Shown piece after piece: positions 38,611 to 50,784 of a DNA stretch of 64,000 nucleotides (positions are counted from its first letter, which is position 1; every line of letters starts with the position of its first letter). The notes under the pieces were generated by a model. The model made no database searches, was not told where the DNA came from, and worked only from the letters and a program-made list of their open reading frames with translations. The DNA lies in the NCBI GenBank assembly GCA_013239625.1, contig MU053594.1, forward strand, positions 62,001 through 126,000, read 5' to 3'. Both the position numbers and the translations under genes were made by a program. Origin of the DNA: Lama guanicoe (lineage: Eukaryota).

Positions 38611-41279
38611 GCATGTCACTCTGTTCTGAACACCCAAAGTGTCACACTGAGACTTCAGGATCCAAGGGTCCCTCTTCCCTGATGCCTGCAGGACAAATCT
38701 GAGCCACCCCATCAGGGCCCCAAGTTGCCTAGTGAATAAAGCCCTCAGCCTTGGAGACATCCTCGTCCCCACCCCCATGCCTTCGGGTGGGTCCATCCTC
38801 CCCAAGGAGCCATGTGCATATCCGCCTTTTCCGCTGTGGGGGTTTCTCACTGTCTCTCTGGCCTGGCCCCCAAACCCTAGCACTGGACCCATCTCCCGCA
38901 TGCTCAGATCACACAGAAGCAGATGCTCTGAGTTCCCTACAAGTTGATTAAAAGAGTTCAAGGTTCCTACAGCTCAACCCCAAGGCCTCCCCACGGAGCT
39001 GCCCTCCCCGACAGAGCTTGCTGAAGACCGTCCCAACCCCCTCGCCTTCAGCTCGGCAGCCAAGGTATCTCGCCTACCCTCTAATTAACGCCACCCGATC
39101 CCGTCTGTTGCCCGAGGCGTGTTCAAGTCCCAGACGGGGATGTACAGTGGCTTGGACAACATTATGATTTGTAAAACCCACTTCTAATTAGTTTGACTTT
39201 GAATGAGGAGGGTAATTATTTTTAAATTTATTAACTGCTGCCTGGCCGGAGAAGTTTCCAGATCAAATGACACAGAGAAGCTATTTCTGTTCAGTGATGC
39301 AGCAATTTATATTACTGATGGGTCATTAAAACCTCTGGCACAAAACCACTTGTGTTTCCTGAGCCAAGATAGTGTCCGTGTGTCAAATTTCAAACCCTGA
39401 GTATAAATTAAGCCATTAATGGTATTTATCAGTTTATCTGGACTTAAGGAACTACTTACTAATTTAAGACATTCCTAATATAGAACCCAAGCGGTGAGCG
39501 GGGTGCGTGTGTGAGTGTGTGCATGCATGTGTGCGTGTTTTCTCACTTTTTATTTCACTGAACAGTGTAAAAAAATTCTGATGTGTAAATGAAGAACAAG
39601 CATCTTGGGGAGCTGTGGAGCTGTTAATTCCTCACTGCTCTGCAACCCAAACATTTTGGAAGCAGCAGGGTTTTTGCAATATGTATTTGTCATAATATAA
39701 AAGGTGTAAAGTGATCTCTGTTTATCTCCTCAAAGTCTTCGCTGTAGCAAAACATGAAAACTGAAGTGTGACAACAAAGCCTGAGCCCAGTCCAACCAAC
39801 AGTGTGTCCCTCCGGAGCACCAGCTGGAGCCCACCGAGGCCCTGGAGGGAGGAGGCAAGGAGGGGGTCACACTCCCAGGATGGAAGTCCAGGGTAAGTGG
39901 GGTCGAAGGAGTGAGACGTGAAGATGATGTTCGTTTGGTGGAATGGACTTGAAAATACTTCTACCAAATCCCTTTTCCAGTGGCAAGAATACCCATGAGG
40001 CACGCTGATCACCTGTCGGAGGCAACGCCCCACGTTAGTTCTGTTAATTCTCCACGTAGCGGGTGGCCCTGGGCATGAAACTCGCAGACCCGATCTGTTT
40101 CAGGAAATGGTATCCTCTCTCACGAGGGGGACATGAGGATCAGGGTGGTAAGGATTCTTAGTTAAGATGGGTCACAGGGGTCCAGAAGAGCCCTGGCTGG
40201 GACAGGGCCACGAGCTACATGATCCTTGACCGCTCTCCCAAAACCGTTCAGCCACACAACCACGGACAGCAGTACGGCAACGGGCAGGTTGCCGGGTGCT
40301 GGTGGGAAGAGCACTGACACTGGGGCTGGGTCAACTTCCAGCTCTTCACTTCCTAGTGGGGGGCCCCAAGGCCTCCACAGTCTCATCTGTTAAATGGGTA
40401 TGACAGAGGACCATGTCTGACAAACTCAGGTATCGGAGATACAAGCTGGCGTTAACCATGACTTAACTCTCCCAGGATCTCGATTCCTTTTCCTTTTCAG
40501 AGCTCTCCCTGCTCTCCAGTTGGCTCTCCAGTGATAACTGGTACTCCACTGGCTGTTCCCAGTCCAAAAACTTTAGCATCACTTTCAGCATCCCCTATGA
40601 CATGGTCTCTCTCTTCCTCACAGGCCGCCTTCCTTACAACACAGATGGCATGGCAACTCGATTTCATGTTGATTATTAAAGGCGTGGGAGGATCCATCTG
40701 GGTTCTGCAGGAAGCAGTGCTGTCGATGGTAAGCTCTGCCACGTGTCAGAAGAGCCATCTCGTCGCCAGCCCTATGCTGCGGTTAAGGCTGCTACCGCGT
40801 CTCTCCCCAGCCAAGCGCTGTTTGCCCCACGCTAACAAGTGGGCAAACACGCCTCACGGCTGAGGGCGTTGGTCCAGGGAGAGCTCACAGCCAGGTGGGG
40901 AGGGAGCCCTTCTCAAAGTGCCCACCTTGGTCTCTTATCCATCATTTGGATTCAATTTGGAGATAAAGCAAACATCTGAGTGGGCTGGTCCCCACCTGCT
41001 AGAGGAAGGGTGGGCATTATACCCCTTTGCAGGGGTGGGGGACATTTGAAGGGCAGAAAGCATGAGAAACAAGGCTGCTAACAGTGAAGTTCAACTCCCC
41101 TCCTCAGCTTCTGACTCAAACTCCAGGTTCTTCCCAAAGACACTTGAAACCAGTATCCTTTTCTGGAAAGTGTTCAGTACTTTCAAGTCCTCACTGACTT
41201 AATAAACCCCAGAAGGCATCGGTCCTAAGATGCCTCTGATTGTCAAAGCTGAATCAATGCCAAACTCTTAAAACACAGC

Positions 41280-41590
41280 TTGGAATGTATTCAATATCAC
41301 TGAATTGTACACTTGAAAATAGTTAAAATGGCAAATTTTGTTATGTATCTTTCAAATATAAAAATTAATATTTTTAAAATAGTTTTAAAAATTAATAAGC
41401 TAATATACCAAAGCCCACTGAATTGTACACTTTTTTTAAATGGAGGGGATTGAACCTGAGACCTCACACATGCTAAGCATGCATTCTACCACTGAGCTGT
41501 ACCCTCCCCACCTGAATTATACACTTTGAACATGTGAACTATATGTTGTGTGAATTGTATCTCAATAAAGCTGTCTGGAAAAAAAAAAAG
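41280..41590 (+). mobile_element. L1MB-like 3' end interrupted by a camelid SINE
   Basis: cactgaattgtacacttgaaaatagttaaaatgg...tgtgaattgtatctcaataaagctg poly(A). Confidence 0.85.
41431..41511 (-). mobile_element. Short Vic-1-type camelid SINE
   Basis: ggggattgaacctgagacctcacacatgctaagcatgcattctaccactgagctgtaccctcccc; duplication ctgaatt(g/a)tacac at 41418-41430 and 41512-41524. Confidence 0.9.
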
Positions 41591-41891
41591 ACGGGGAGCA
41601 GGCCTGTGTTGCTCACCAGTGGGTGCCGGGCACACTGAAGGTGCTCAATAAGTGTTGTGGGGTCTGCCTGTGAACAGCATCCCCGTCTGCTCGCTCGGCA
41701 GGGACTCAGCCTCTTGCCCGGGCCCTGGCTGTGAGGGCAGCTTGCTCCCTGCTGCTGCAAATTTAATCTGGATGGACAGAATTAAGCTGCTTGGCAAAGC
41801 TGGCTCACAGCTCCATCTCCTCAACCCCCAGACTGGAATTCTCAGAGTAGGATTCTCGGTTCCATCTGTGGTCCAGCAATAAGACACGGTA

Positions 41892-42074
41892 AGTCAGTTT
41901 CCAATGTTGTGTCCATTTCTGGTGTACAGCATAATGTTTCAGTCATACACACACGTACATATATTCCTTTTCATATGCGTTTGCATTATAGGTTACCACA
42001 GGATACTGTGCTATACAGGAGAAACATTGTTTATCTATTTTATATATAGCAGTTAGTACTAGACTTCAATAAAA
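41892..42074 (-). mobile_element. Camelid-type L1 3' UTR fragment with inverted terminal tip
   Basis: Minus-oriented body 41892-42057 lacks the last ~15 nt, which appear in plus orientation as actagacttcaataaaa (42058-42074). Confidence 0.8.
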
Positions 42075-42083
42075 CAGAATGCC

Positions 42084-42285
42084 AAAAAAAATAGATAAAC
42101 GACAAGGACCTACAGTACAGCACAGGGAACTATATTCAATTTCTTGTAATGAGCTATAATGGAAAAGAATCTGAAAAAATATATAGATATATGAGTATGC
42201 ATATGTATAACGGCCGTATACCTGAAACTAACATTGTAAAGTGACTACACTTCAATAAAAAATAAGAATTTAAAAAAAAGAAAAG
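42084..42285 (+). mobile_element. Artiodactyl-type L1 3' end
   Basis: atagataaacgacaaggacctac...cacagggaactatattcaat...gactacacttcaataaaa poly(A). Confidence 0.9.
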
Positions 42286-42587
42286 AAACTGGCTGGGACC
42301 CTGACAGACCTGGGTCCTCCCAGCTCTGGAGCTCTGGGCAAAAGCGGTGAGCCAAGTCCGCTTCTCTGGAACCGAGCCAGGGAGACATGGACTGGAATGA
42401 GAGTTCACCTGGAAAGCTCTCTCCCCACTGCCACGGGCACCAGCCCAAAGCCCAGGGTACAGGGCTTCCACTCAGAGAGGCTGATTCTGTGAGGCAGAAG
42501 AACAAGAAAATACTGGAGGTAATCGCACCAGCCCCAGCCGACAGGTCTTCCTTCTTCCTTCTTCCACCCCAGTCTCCGTGGGAGCTT

Positions 42588-43232
42588 CGTAGTTCATCCC
42601 CAAAGACAGCCGCCACCAACTCCTCTTTCCCTACATGTCTGTCATTCCTCCCGGGAGAAGGGGAGTCTACACTTCCATCCCTTGAATTTGGGACTGAACT
42701 GCGCTTGCTGAGAGCAATGAAATACGGTGGATGTGATGCTGTGTGTTTCCAGCCTGGCTTTCTATTTTTTTTAATTGAAGTCTAGTTGATTTACAATGTT
42801 GTGTTAGTTTCTGGTGTACAGCACTTTGATTCAGTTATTTACATATATATTCTTTTTCATATTCTTTATCATTATAGGTTATTACAAGATACTGAATACA
42901 GCACAGCACAGGGAACTGTATCTAGACTAGCTTTTAAGAGCGCTGGCAGTTTCTGCTTCCTGTCTCTCAGAGCCCTGAGCAGTGAGGTGAGAAGTCCAGG
43001 CTGCTCTGCTGTTGAGAAAGGCCCGGGGAAGAGCAGGGGGAGACAGGCACGTGAGTGAGGAAGCCATCGTGGACACGCAGCCCCAGACACCCCCTAACTG
43101 CAAGCACGTGAGAGACCCCAAGGGAAAACTGCCCAGCTGAGCACAACCACAGACTTGTCTGAGATAAGAACACACCCCGGCTTTAATCTACTGGTGGAGT
43201 GGTTCCCTAAACAGCAATTGATAACTGAAACA
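42588..43232 (+). mobile_element. MLT1 (G/H-like) MaLR solo LTR interrupted by an L1 fragment
   Basis: ggggagtctacacttccatcccttgaatttggg...gaaaactgcccagctgagc...cagcaattgataactgaaaca. Confidence 0.85.
42762..42920 (-). mobile_element. Artiodactyl-type L1 3' tip
   Basis: ttaattgaagtctagttgatttacaatgttgtgttagtttctggtgtacagc; degenerate duplication tccagcctggcttt / tctagactagcttt. Confidence 0.88.
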
Positions 43233-43325
43233 TTCCTGTGGTCAGTTCTCAACACAGGAACCAGGGTGGTAGTTTAAACCCATAAATCAAGTCACATCAT
43301 GTTCCCATTCAACCCCCTCCAATGC

Positions 43326-44340
43326 ACAATTATTTTCCACCTTCTCTATAAATGTCTGTGCACATGTGTGTGTGGTGTGTGGTGTGTGTGTGTGTAGCTT
43401 TACTGAGACATAACTCATACACTATCAAATATACAATTCATGCTTTTAAAGTATAAAGTCAACAGTTTTAACATATTCAGAGATGCGTAACCATCATCAA
43501 AATCAATTTTAGAACATTTTCATCACCCCAAAAAGAAACCCCACACCCGTTAGTCACTCCCTAAACCTCCCAGCCCCTGGCACTTACTAATTGACTTTCC
43601 ATCTCTATAGATAGATTCGTCTATTCTGGATGTTTCATATGAACAGAACCATACAACAGGTGGCCTTTTGTGACTGGTTTCTTCCCCTGAGCGTCACGTT
43701 TCTAAGGTTCATCCATGTTATAGAATGTAATCAGGACTTCATTGCTTTTTACAGATGAATAATACTCCACTGTATGGATAAATTACATTTTGTTTATCCA
43801 CTCATTAGCCGGTAGACAGAGTTACCTCTACCTCGTCGGCTATTATAACCAATGTTGTTATGAACACTCAGGTGCGTGTTTTTGTGTAGATACATGTTTC
43901 CATTTCTCCTGGGTGTACACATGGAGTGGAATGGCTGTGTCCCGTGGTATCTCTGTTGAACCTCTGGAGGAGCTGCCAAACTGGTTTCCACCGCGGCTGT
44001 ACCATTTTACACTCCCACGAGCAGTGTATGAGGGTTCTCACTTTTCCACATCCCTGACAACACTTCTTAATGTCTGTATTTTTACCAGAGCTACATCTTA
44101 ATAGGTGTAAAGTAGTATCTCACTGCGATTGTGATTTGTATTTCCCTGATGGCCAACGACGTCAAGCATCTTTCCACCTGCTCAGTGACTATTTGTCTAG
44201 TCTTGGAGAAATGTCTACTCAGATCCTTTGCACGTTTTATACTTTAGTTATTTGTATTTTTATTATGGAGTCATAAGGGCTCTTTGTATTTTCTAACCAA
44301 AAGTTTCTCAGCAGCTGTATGATTTGCAAATATGTTCTCC
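43326..44340 (-). mobile_element. L1MB-like 3' region (~1 kb) inserted into an L2, with a (GT)n tract at its tail
   Basis: agctttactgagacataactcatac...ttttagaacattttcatcaccccaaaaagaaacccc...ttggagaaatgtctactcagatcctttgc. Confidence 0.9.
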
Positions 44341-44868
44341 CCTGCCAATGGACTCTTCCCACATGCAGAATAAAACCCAAATTCCTTCCTAGGGCTGAGA
44401 GGCTCACCTGACTTCCAACCTCATCACCCCTCCCTCTCCGCTCCTCCCTCCCTGCCCCCCACAACGCTCTTCACACTGCTCCTTGAACTTGTCAAGTTCA
44501 GCCCGGCCTCAGGGCTCCTGGAAGTGCCTGCTTCCTTTGCCCAGACCTTCTTCCCTGAAACCTTCGAGTGGCTCCCTCCTTCACTTTAGGACTCTGCGCA
44601 GATGTCACCTTCTCAGAGAAGTCCAACCATCTGATCTAAAATACCACTTTTCTCCCTGCCACTCTCTATGCCTCATCTTGCTACATTTTTTTTCTTTCTA
44701 GCACTTTTTATAGCCTGGCATTATATACAACTATTTGTTTATACTGTCTCCCTATTAGAATCTCAGTCCCATGAAGAAAGTTCTCTGTCTCATGTCATTA
44801 TACCTTAAACACCCCAACAGTGCCAAGCACATTGTAGAAATTCAATAAATATTTATTGAATTAAATGC
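44341..44868 (+). mobile_element. L2 3' region (continues from about 43235-43325)
   Basis: cagaataaaacccaaattcctt...gatgtcaccttctcagag...caataaatatttattgaattaaatg. Confidence 0.85.
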
Positions 44869-44869
44869 A

Positions 44870-45300
44870 TCTACCATTTACTGAATGATTATTATGAGCC
44901 AAGCATTCAGCAAAGCAGTTTGAATACAACATTGCATTTCATTCCCGTAACAAATCTATGCTACGAGGTAGGTACTATTATTACTCCTTTTCTAGCGGAT
45001 GAGGAAACTCAAATAAAGAGAACTTATCCGTGGTGGTCCCGCAAATTGTAAGTGGCAGAGCCAGGATTAAACTCCGCTTCCATCCCCCCATTCACTTCAG
45101 CAAGTCACTTCCCCTCCTTTGAACCTCGGTTTCCTCATCTATGACATGGGAGTGGTCTCCTGCCTTACAGAGTTATAGAAAGACTGGCCAAATGAGATCA
45201 GGTAAAGATCGAGAAGAGTGCCTGGCACATCGTGAACGTTCAGTAAGTGTGAGCTACCCCGAGGATGACGGTGATGAAGATAACCGATTACCATGATGAG
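44870..45300. mobile_element. Two oppositely oriented MIR SINEs (minus about 44870-45075, plus about 45090-45300)
   Basis: gatgaggaaactca...gtaagtggcagagccaggatt and gcaagtcacttccc...cctcggtttcctcatctatg. Confidence 0.8.
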
Positions 45301-45810
45301 ACGCCGCAAAATCATTGCTTTGAAATCAAAGCAATGTCATTGTTTGTTAATATTGTTCAAACGTATCCCTGTGGACAGACTGCTTTCTTTTAGACAATGA
45401 TGGGGCTCTTGCAGAGGGAGGACCAGCCCACTGCGGCCACATGAGGGTTTCAGAGTTAGTCCATCGGGTCAGGGAGGCTTCCTGCCCTGCACCACGGGAA
45501 CAGGACAGTTAGGTAACATTACAGACTTCCTAAGGCCTCCCCAAGAGTGTCCTAGAGCTCTCGTGACGATGAGTTCTCAGTGGCCAGTTAGAGACGGGGA
45601 TCTTGGCCTCATTCAGGGCGGCTGTTCTTCTGGGGCAAAGTCACACTTGTGAATTCCTGCCTGGCCAGCCCTGCAAGCAAGGGGAGCCAGCCATCCCCAT
45701 TCACAGCTCCCCCAGGAAATGACCGAATATCCTGTTTACTGAATGAGGGTACCAGCGAGATACTTCACGTCCACGTGCTGTCACACTGAGGATGGGGGTC
45801 AGTCACTCAC

Positions 45811-45897
45811 CAGTGTGGGTCTGCCTGTGTGTCTCCAGGGCATCCTCCTTCGAAAACTGGGCACCACACTGATCACAGACGAAGGCTTTGGCACCCG
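45811..45897 (-). CDS. ZBTB16: ZBTB16/PLZF internal coding exon encoding C2H2 zinc finger 3 (exon 4 in human numbering)
   Basis: Minus strand reads gtaactgcctcccctttctttcag|CG GGT GCC AAA GCC TTC GTC TGT GAT CAG TGT ... CAG ACC CAC ACT G|gtgagt: branch-like TAAC, pyrimidine tract, AG acceptor, GT donor. 87 nt, phase 1-1. Peptide GAKAFVCDQCGAQFSKEDALETHRQTHTG matches PLZF as I recall it. Confidence 0.97.
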
Positions 45898-46359
45898 CTG
45901 AAAGAAAGGGGAGGCAGTTACCTTATTACCAAGAGTGACATTCCATCAGCAAAGGGGTCCTGGGCCAAAATCATGCAGACGGACTCTGGGGGAGGGGGCT
46001 GAACATCTGTGACGATTCCAAGTTGGGGATAAATCACGGCCCCAGCAGCCAGCCCAGACCCTCCTCTGAGATGCCACCACCCACCCAACTGGGCCCCAAA
46101 TGCCCCCACTGAGGGCTCTCTCAGACAGAAGAGGTAACAAAACCAGAATAACCCAGACAAACAGACATAGGGTGCAGAGGAGATGCCAAAGAAAAAGGGG
46201 ACTTCTGGGGGGCTGGCTCCAGGTGACAGAAAAGTAATAAATGACACAAACGTTCCCAGGTACCCCGCTTACACTTTATGAGGACACAGGAATCACTGAC
46301 ATACCTCTCCTTGGATAAACCCCTAATGTCGAGTGCCAAAAACTCAGCTCATGGTCCAC

Positions 46360-46760
46360 CCCAGCCACCTCCTGTTCCTGGCCATTTAAAGTCTCTGAAT
46401 GACTCCCCAGCGCTTTCACGATAAAGGTCAAACTCCACGCAGTGATCCATAATCTGGCCCTGTTAGCTGTCCAGTTCCATTGGGAACTGTCCTCACCGGC
46501 CCTCTCTGGGTACCTCTCGACCCTCCCTGGGTCTCGCGGCCTGAGCATCATCCGGACTCATTCCCATCCGTTCTAGTCTTAGTCTGTTTCTAAGACCAGA
46601 GTACGCATGCGCCAAGCACGCCGCCGCTCGCTGCTCCGCCCTTTCCAATCCGCCGCTGCACTCTGTTCCTTTCATCACGTCTGAGCGTTACTGTAAGTGC
46701 GCCTGTGCTTCAACTTTGCATTAGAGCGTCATAAGAGGCAGAACTACTTCTCACATATAT
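46360..46760 (+). mobile_element. L2 fragment
   Basis: atgactccccagcgctttcacgataaaggtcaaactcc...cataatctggccc. Confidence 0.55.
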
Positions 46761-46799
46761 TTGTAGTGGAAAGAAAGCAGTCTGGTCCGGTTTTCACAC

Positions 46800-47040
46800 T
46801 ATCTCATACTTTCTGAGGCTGTAGCGTATTCCAGGCATGAGGCTAAGTATGTAAGGTGTATCATTTCATTTAATCCTAACAACCTTTTAAAGTACATAGT
46901 ATGATTACCCCCATTTAGCAGATGAGACAACTCAAGCTCAGAGAGGTTAAGTAGCTTGCCCAATGTCACACAGCAGGTAACCGTAGAGGTGGATTCAAAT
47001 CCAAGCAGCCTGACTTCAGAGCCTTTCCTCTTGATCCCCA
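46800..47040 (-). mobile_element. MIR SINE
   Basis: ccccatttagcagatgagacaactcaagctcagagaggttaagtagcttgcccaatgtcacacagc. Confidence 0.88.
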
Positions 47041-47117
47041 TACCCTTCCGCCTCCCTAGGGTTCCATCCACAAAGTTCCATCTGGACTGCCCCCCAACCC
47101 CAAAAAAATTTATCCCC

Positions 47118-47562
47118 CTTTTTTTTCCTTTTTTTAAATTGAAGTATAGTTGATTACTATGATGTGCTAGTTTCAGGCGTAGAGCAAAGTGATTCAGTTA
47201 TATATATATATTCTTTTTCAGATTCTTTTCCATTACAGGTTATTACAAGATACTGAATATAGTTCCCAGTGCTATATAGTAAGTCCTTGCTATTTATCAG
47301 TTTTATATATAACAGAGTGTGTCTGTTCATCCTAAACTCCAAATTTACCCCTCCCTCCACCTTTCCCCTTTGGTAACCATCAGCTTGTTTTCTGTCTGTG
47401 AGTCTGTTTCTGTTCTGTAAAAAAGATCATTTGTGTCATTTTTTTAGATTCCATGTATAAGTGATATCATACGGTATTTGTCTTTCTCTGTCTGACTTAC
47501 TTCACTCAGTATGATCATCTCTAGGTCCATTCACGCTGCTGCAAATGGCTCTAATTTGTCCC
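47118..47562 (-). mobile_element. Artiodactyl-type L1 3' UTR
   Basis: aaattgaagtatagttgatt...ttacaagatactgaatatagttccc...tgtgagtctgtttctgtt...tttttagattccatgtataagtgatatc. Confidence 0.92.
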
Positions 47563-49369
47563 TTCTATACCTCCAGGTTTTGTGTAAAATTATACTTGAA
47601 AAAAATGGTCCCACTACTTTTTAAATAGTTTTTAAATCTTTGCCTTGGAGTATTCGTGCATGCTTAAGGAGGACATCTCAGAACACAAATTGCATCAGTA
47701 CAGACTTAAATTAAACACCAATAAACATTTAGGGCATTGACCTTGTCTCTGTTCCTAACGATGAGCAGGGAATAGCCTCTATTAGGTGCTCAATAAATAC
47801 TAGTTGGCTGATTGACTAAATGAGTGATAATGTGCCCCAGGAAAGATATGAAATCGCCTCTCCTTAAGAGCTTTAAAAATAAACACTGTCATTTGTTTTA
47901 GGTGGCTGGCGCTGAACTCCGCCTCAAGGCAGGGAGAATACCATGATCGAGGGGGTGTTCTGACCAGCTGCAGGGTGTCCTAAGGCCAGGGACCTGTACG
48001 TGGCTTCTAGAGCTTTAAAGAAAGAGTCAAGGAACTTGATGGCAATGTAGTCAACTGTGCATTCACACGGGAGGCAGCCAGCCGTCTGCATCCATTTATA
48101 CTGGAAATGCAGCAAGTACCTCGAAGTGCAGAGCCCCCTCGCCCCCTAAACAGTGAGAAACTTCCCCTAACCCCAAATCATGAGCCAACAACAAGGGCCC
48201 ACGGATCTATAGGGGATCTGACTTTAACTGCATCCCGTTCTCTGGTCCTGCCAGTTTCTCCCTGAAGAAGAAAGGGGAGCCTAACGTGGGAGCAGGGGTT
48301 GGAAAGGGGAGGGCACCCCTGGGCTCCTCATCCCCATCACCTTGGCTCTGAGGCCCCGGTGAGCAGCCCACTCTTCCTGCTGCAGCTTCAAAGGACTGTG
48401 GTGAGCGGGGTTCTTAGAAAACAGCCATCCCTGTGGCTGCAGGGGCAGCTGCTTTAATGGCTGAGAAGCCGGGAGAAAGGAAGGAGGGCAGGTAGGAAGT
48501 GAAGGGCCGGATGTGTGGCATCATAGCAGCTCAGAGGAAGATGAAAACAGATTCGCGCACGTGATCACGGCAAGGTTGCAGGCTTGACTCAGGCCTGACC
48601 ACATCTGGCTGCCCGCAGAGCCCTCCCCGCTCCACCCCTGCCTCGCTGAAGTCACGAAATTGAGCTAAGTGTGTGAAAGATCCCCGTCCTCAGTGACTGG
48701 GGTGACATCCCCGACACACACTTACCATGGATGTGGGCTCCCGTGTTGGCCCCAATTCATGACGCCCCAGCATTCGCCGCCCTGACTCCCCACAAACTCC
48801 CAGGGTGAGCCCAACAGCAAAGACAGGCAGTCCCAGGACGCAGGAGTCGTGGAGCACAGAGAGGCAGAGACCGCCCTCTCCCAAGGAGACATGTGCCTTT
48901 AAATCGTCTCTGTAACGGCTGGCTCAGAGGCAGAAATATTTGGCAGCCCTGAAATTAAAAGTGATAAATTTCCTCGCCAAGCTTTGATCGATAATAGAGG
49001 CCTCATCTGTTAATCAATAAGACAGCCTCTGCCTGTTTACTGTGCATATGTTGTTTGCTGCTGCCTCCAGTATGATGTCAAGTTTGCATTCAGAGCAACT
49101 CAAGTGTGCATAAACCACATGGCTATTCCCAAAACGCATCACGGTGACATCATTCAGCCACTAATACATTTACAAAGCATCGGGGCGAGGGGGTGATGGG
49201 GGAAAGGAGGAGGTCATGCCAGTTGAACGCAACGGGCACATATGGACGCGTTGGCAGATTTACCCCCCACGATATTTCCCGGGGCTCATCTCGGAGAGGG
49301 GAGAAGTCCAGGACACAGCTCGGGGACAGCTGTTCCTCCTTCCTATACGCAGAGGATGTTTCCTGGATG

Positions 49370-49680
49370 TCCATTTTTAAGAGTCAAGTAAATATAAAAT
49401 AGGTGGTGGTAAGCGATTAAGAGAACTAAATAAGTGAAAAGGGGCGGAGAGGGCAGGGGCTGCTGTTTGACACGGGATGAGCTGACATCTGAGAAGAAAA
49501 TGAAGCAGGCGAGGAGAGAAGAGGCAACATCACTGTCTAAGAAAGCCCGTTCCAGGCCAAGGAAGAGCGAGGAGGCCAGGCGGTTAGCATGGCCTCAGGG
49601 AGGGGAGAGGGAGAGGGAGAGACGGGGCATGGATTTTGCAGGGAGAGAAATTAAACAATCAAGAGGCAGCACCACATGAT
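49370..49680 (-). mobile_element. L2 fragment
   Basis: gagctgacatctgagaag...gcccgttccaggccaaggaagagc. Confidence 0.5.
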
Positions 49681-49739
49681 GAAAAAGTGGGCTAGACCCT
49701 CGCTTTCCTCCCCAGCAATTACAGATCTGAGTGAACCAG

Positions 49740-50200
49740 AGGACATGACAGCAAGATCCAGAGTGGGGAGAGCTGGCTCCCAGGCTTCGCTCAGCCGCTC
49801 ACTGCTGTGGACGTCACCCATGTCACCTCGATGCACCTGTCTCCCCATCTGTAAAATGGGTATGATCGTAACCATCTGCCTCCCTTGAGGCCGTGAGGAT
49901 CGAAGGAAGTAATGCATATTAAAAAATACAAAACGCTTTGTGATTCACTAGGTGCTCTGTAGATGTGAGATTATCAGTGTTCTCTACACCTGGCGGGGTG
50001 GGCAGCAGAATGTGGTTAAGAGCACAGGACTTGGGTCAGAAAGATCAGAGTTCAAATCCCAGCCAAGCTAATCACCAGCTGTGACCCTCAGCAAGTTGCC
50101 TAATCTCAGCGAGCCCATCGCTCCATCTGTCAAATGGGAACACCCAGAGGAAGTCCCTCGAGAGTTGTGACAAGGTCGGGACAGTGGTTGGCCCCACGTC
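49740..50200 (+). mobile_element. Two tandem MIR SINEs
   Basis: ccccatctgtaaaatggg; gtggttaagagcacaggacttgggtcaga...gttcaaatcccagc...gctgtgaccctcagcaagttgc. Confidence 0.82.
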
Positions 50201-50389
50201 TGGAGGCAGATCCACAGAACCATCATCGCAGTCAGGCTCAGAGCCGGGACTCCTTTGTGCAAAATATGATTGATTTTACCAAAATTCAATGTGTAGCTAT
50301 TTTGGGGCCATTTATCTTGTGTAAAGTGAGTCATTTGTAGAGGCACATTTCACTATAATTACACACACACACCCCGTCCTGCTAATTTA

Positions 50390-50610
50390 TTTATTATTAT
50401 TATTTTTTTAAATTTGTTGGATTTCCCTCATTGTTGAATTTTTAAGGTTGTTTTATTCTTTTCTTTTAAAAAAAACCTTTGTTGTTTTTTTCAGGGGGAG
50501 GTAATTAATATTGTTTGTTTATTTATTTTTTAATGAAGGTACTGGCGATTGAACCCAGGACCTTGTGCATGCCAGGCACACACTCTACCACTGAGCTGTA
50601 TCCTCCCCAT
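50390..50610 (-). mobile_element. Vic-1-type camelid SINE with long T-rich tail
   Basis: ggggaggtaatta...ggtactggcgattgaacccaggaccttgtgcatg...ctctaccactgagctgtatcctcccc; duplication gt(c/t)ctgctaattta at 50376-50389 and 50614-50627. Confidence 0.92.
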
Positions 50611-50784
50611 CTTGTTCTGCTAATTTAAAGGCAAGTGATGGTCTTCTTGAGGGAGCAGGAAAATCCATCATAGGACCAACATGTCAGTAATGGCTCTTCA
50701 TACCCTGCCGCCGCCCCCGAGTCTTACATCCTCCCCTGACGAGCCCCAGGAGCCCCGTTCACAGGTCCTGTGTGGACTGCCAGG

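Larger units (their letters stand above)
1..45810 (-). other. ZBTB16: ZBTB16 intron downstream of the ZF3 exon (intron 4, partial)
   Basis: Begins at the gtgagt donor at 45810; the next exon (TDMAVFCLLCGKRF...) was not found before position 1. Confidence 0.88.

Noticed and set aside
47928..47967. ggcagggagaataccatgatc resembles the 5' part of U1 snRNA
   Set aside because: Only about 21 nt match well; no ATACTTACCT start or Sm site; chance match or tiny decayed fragment. An Infernal search with the U1 model would decide.
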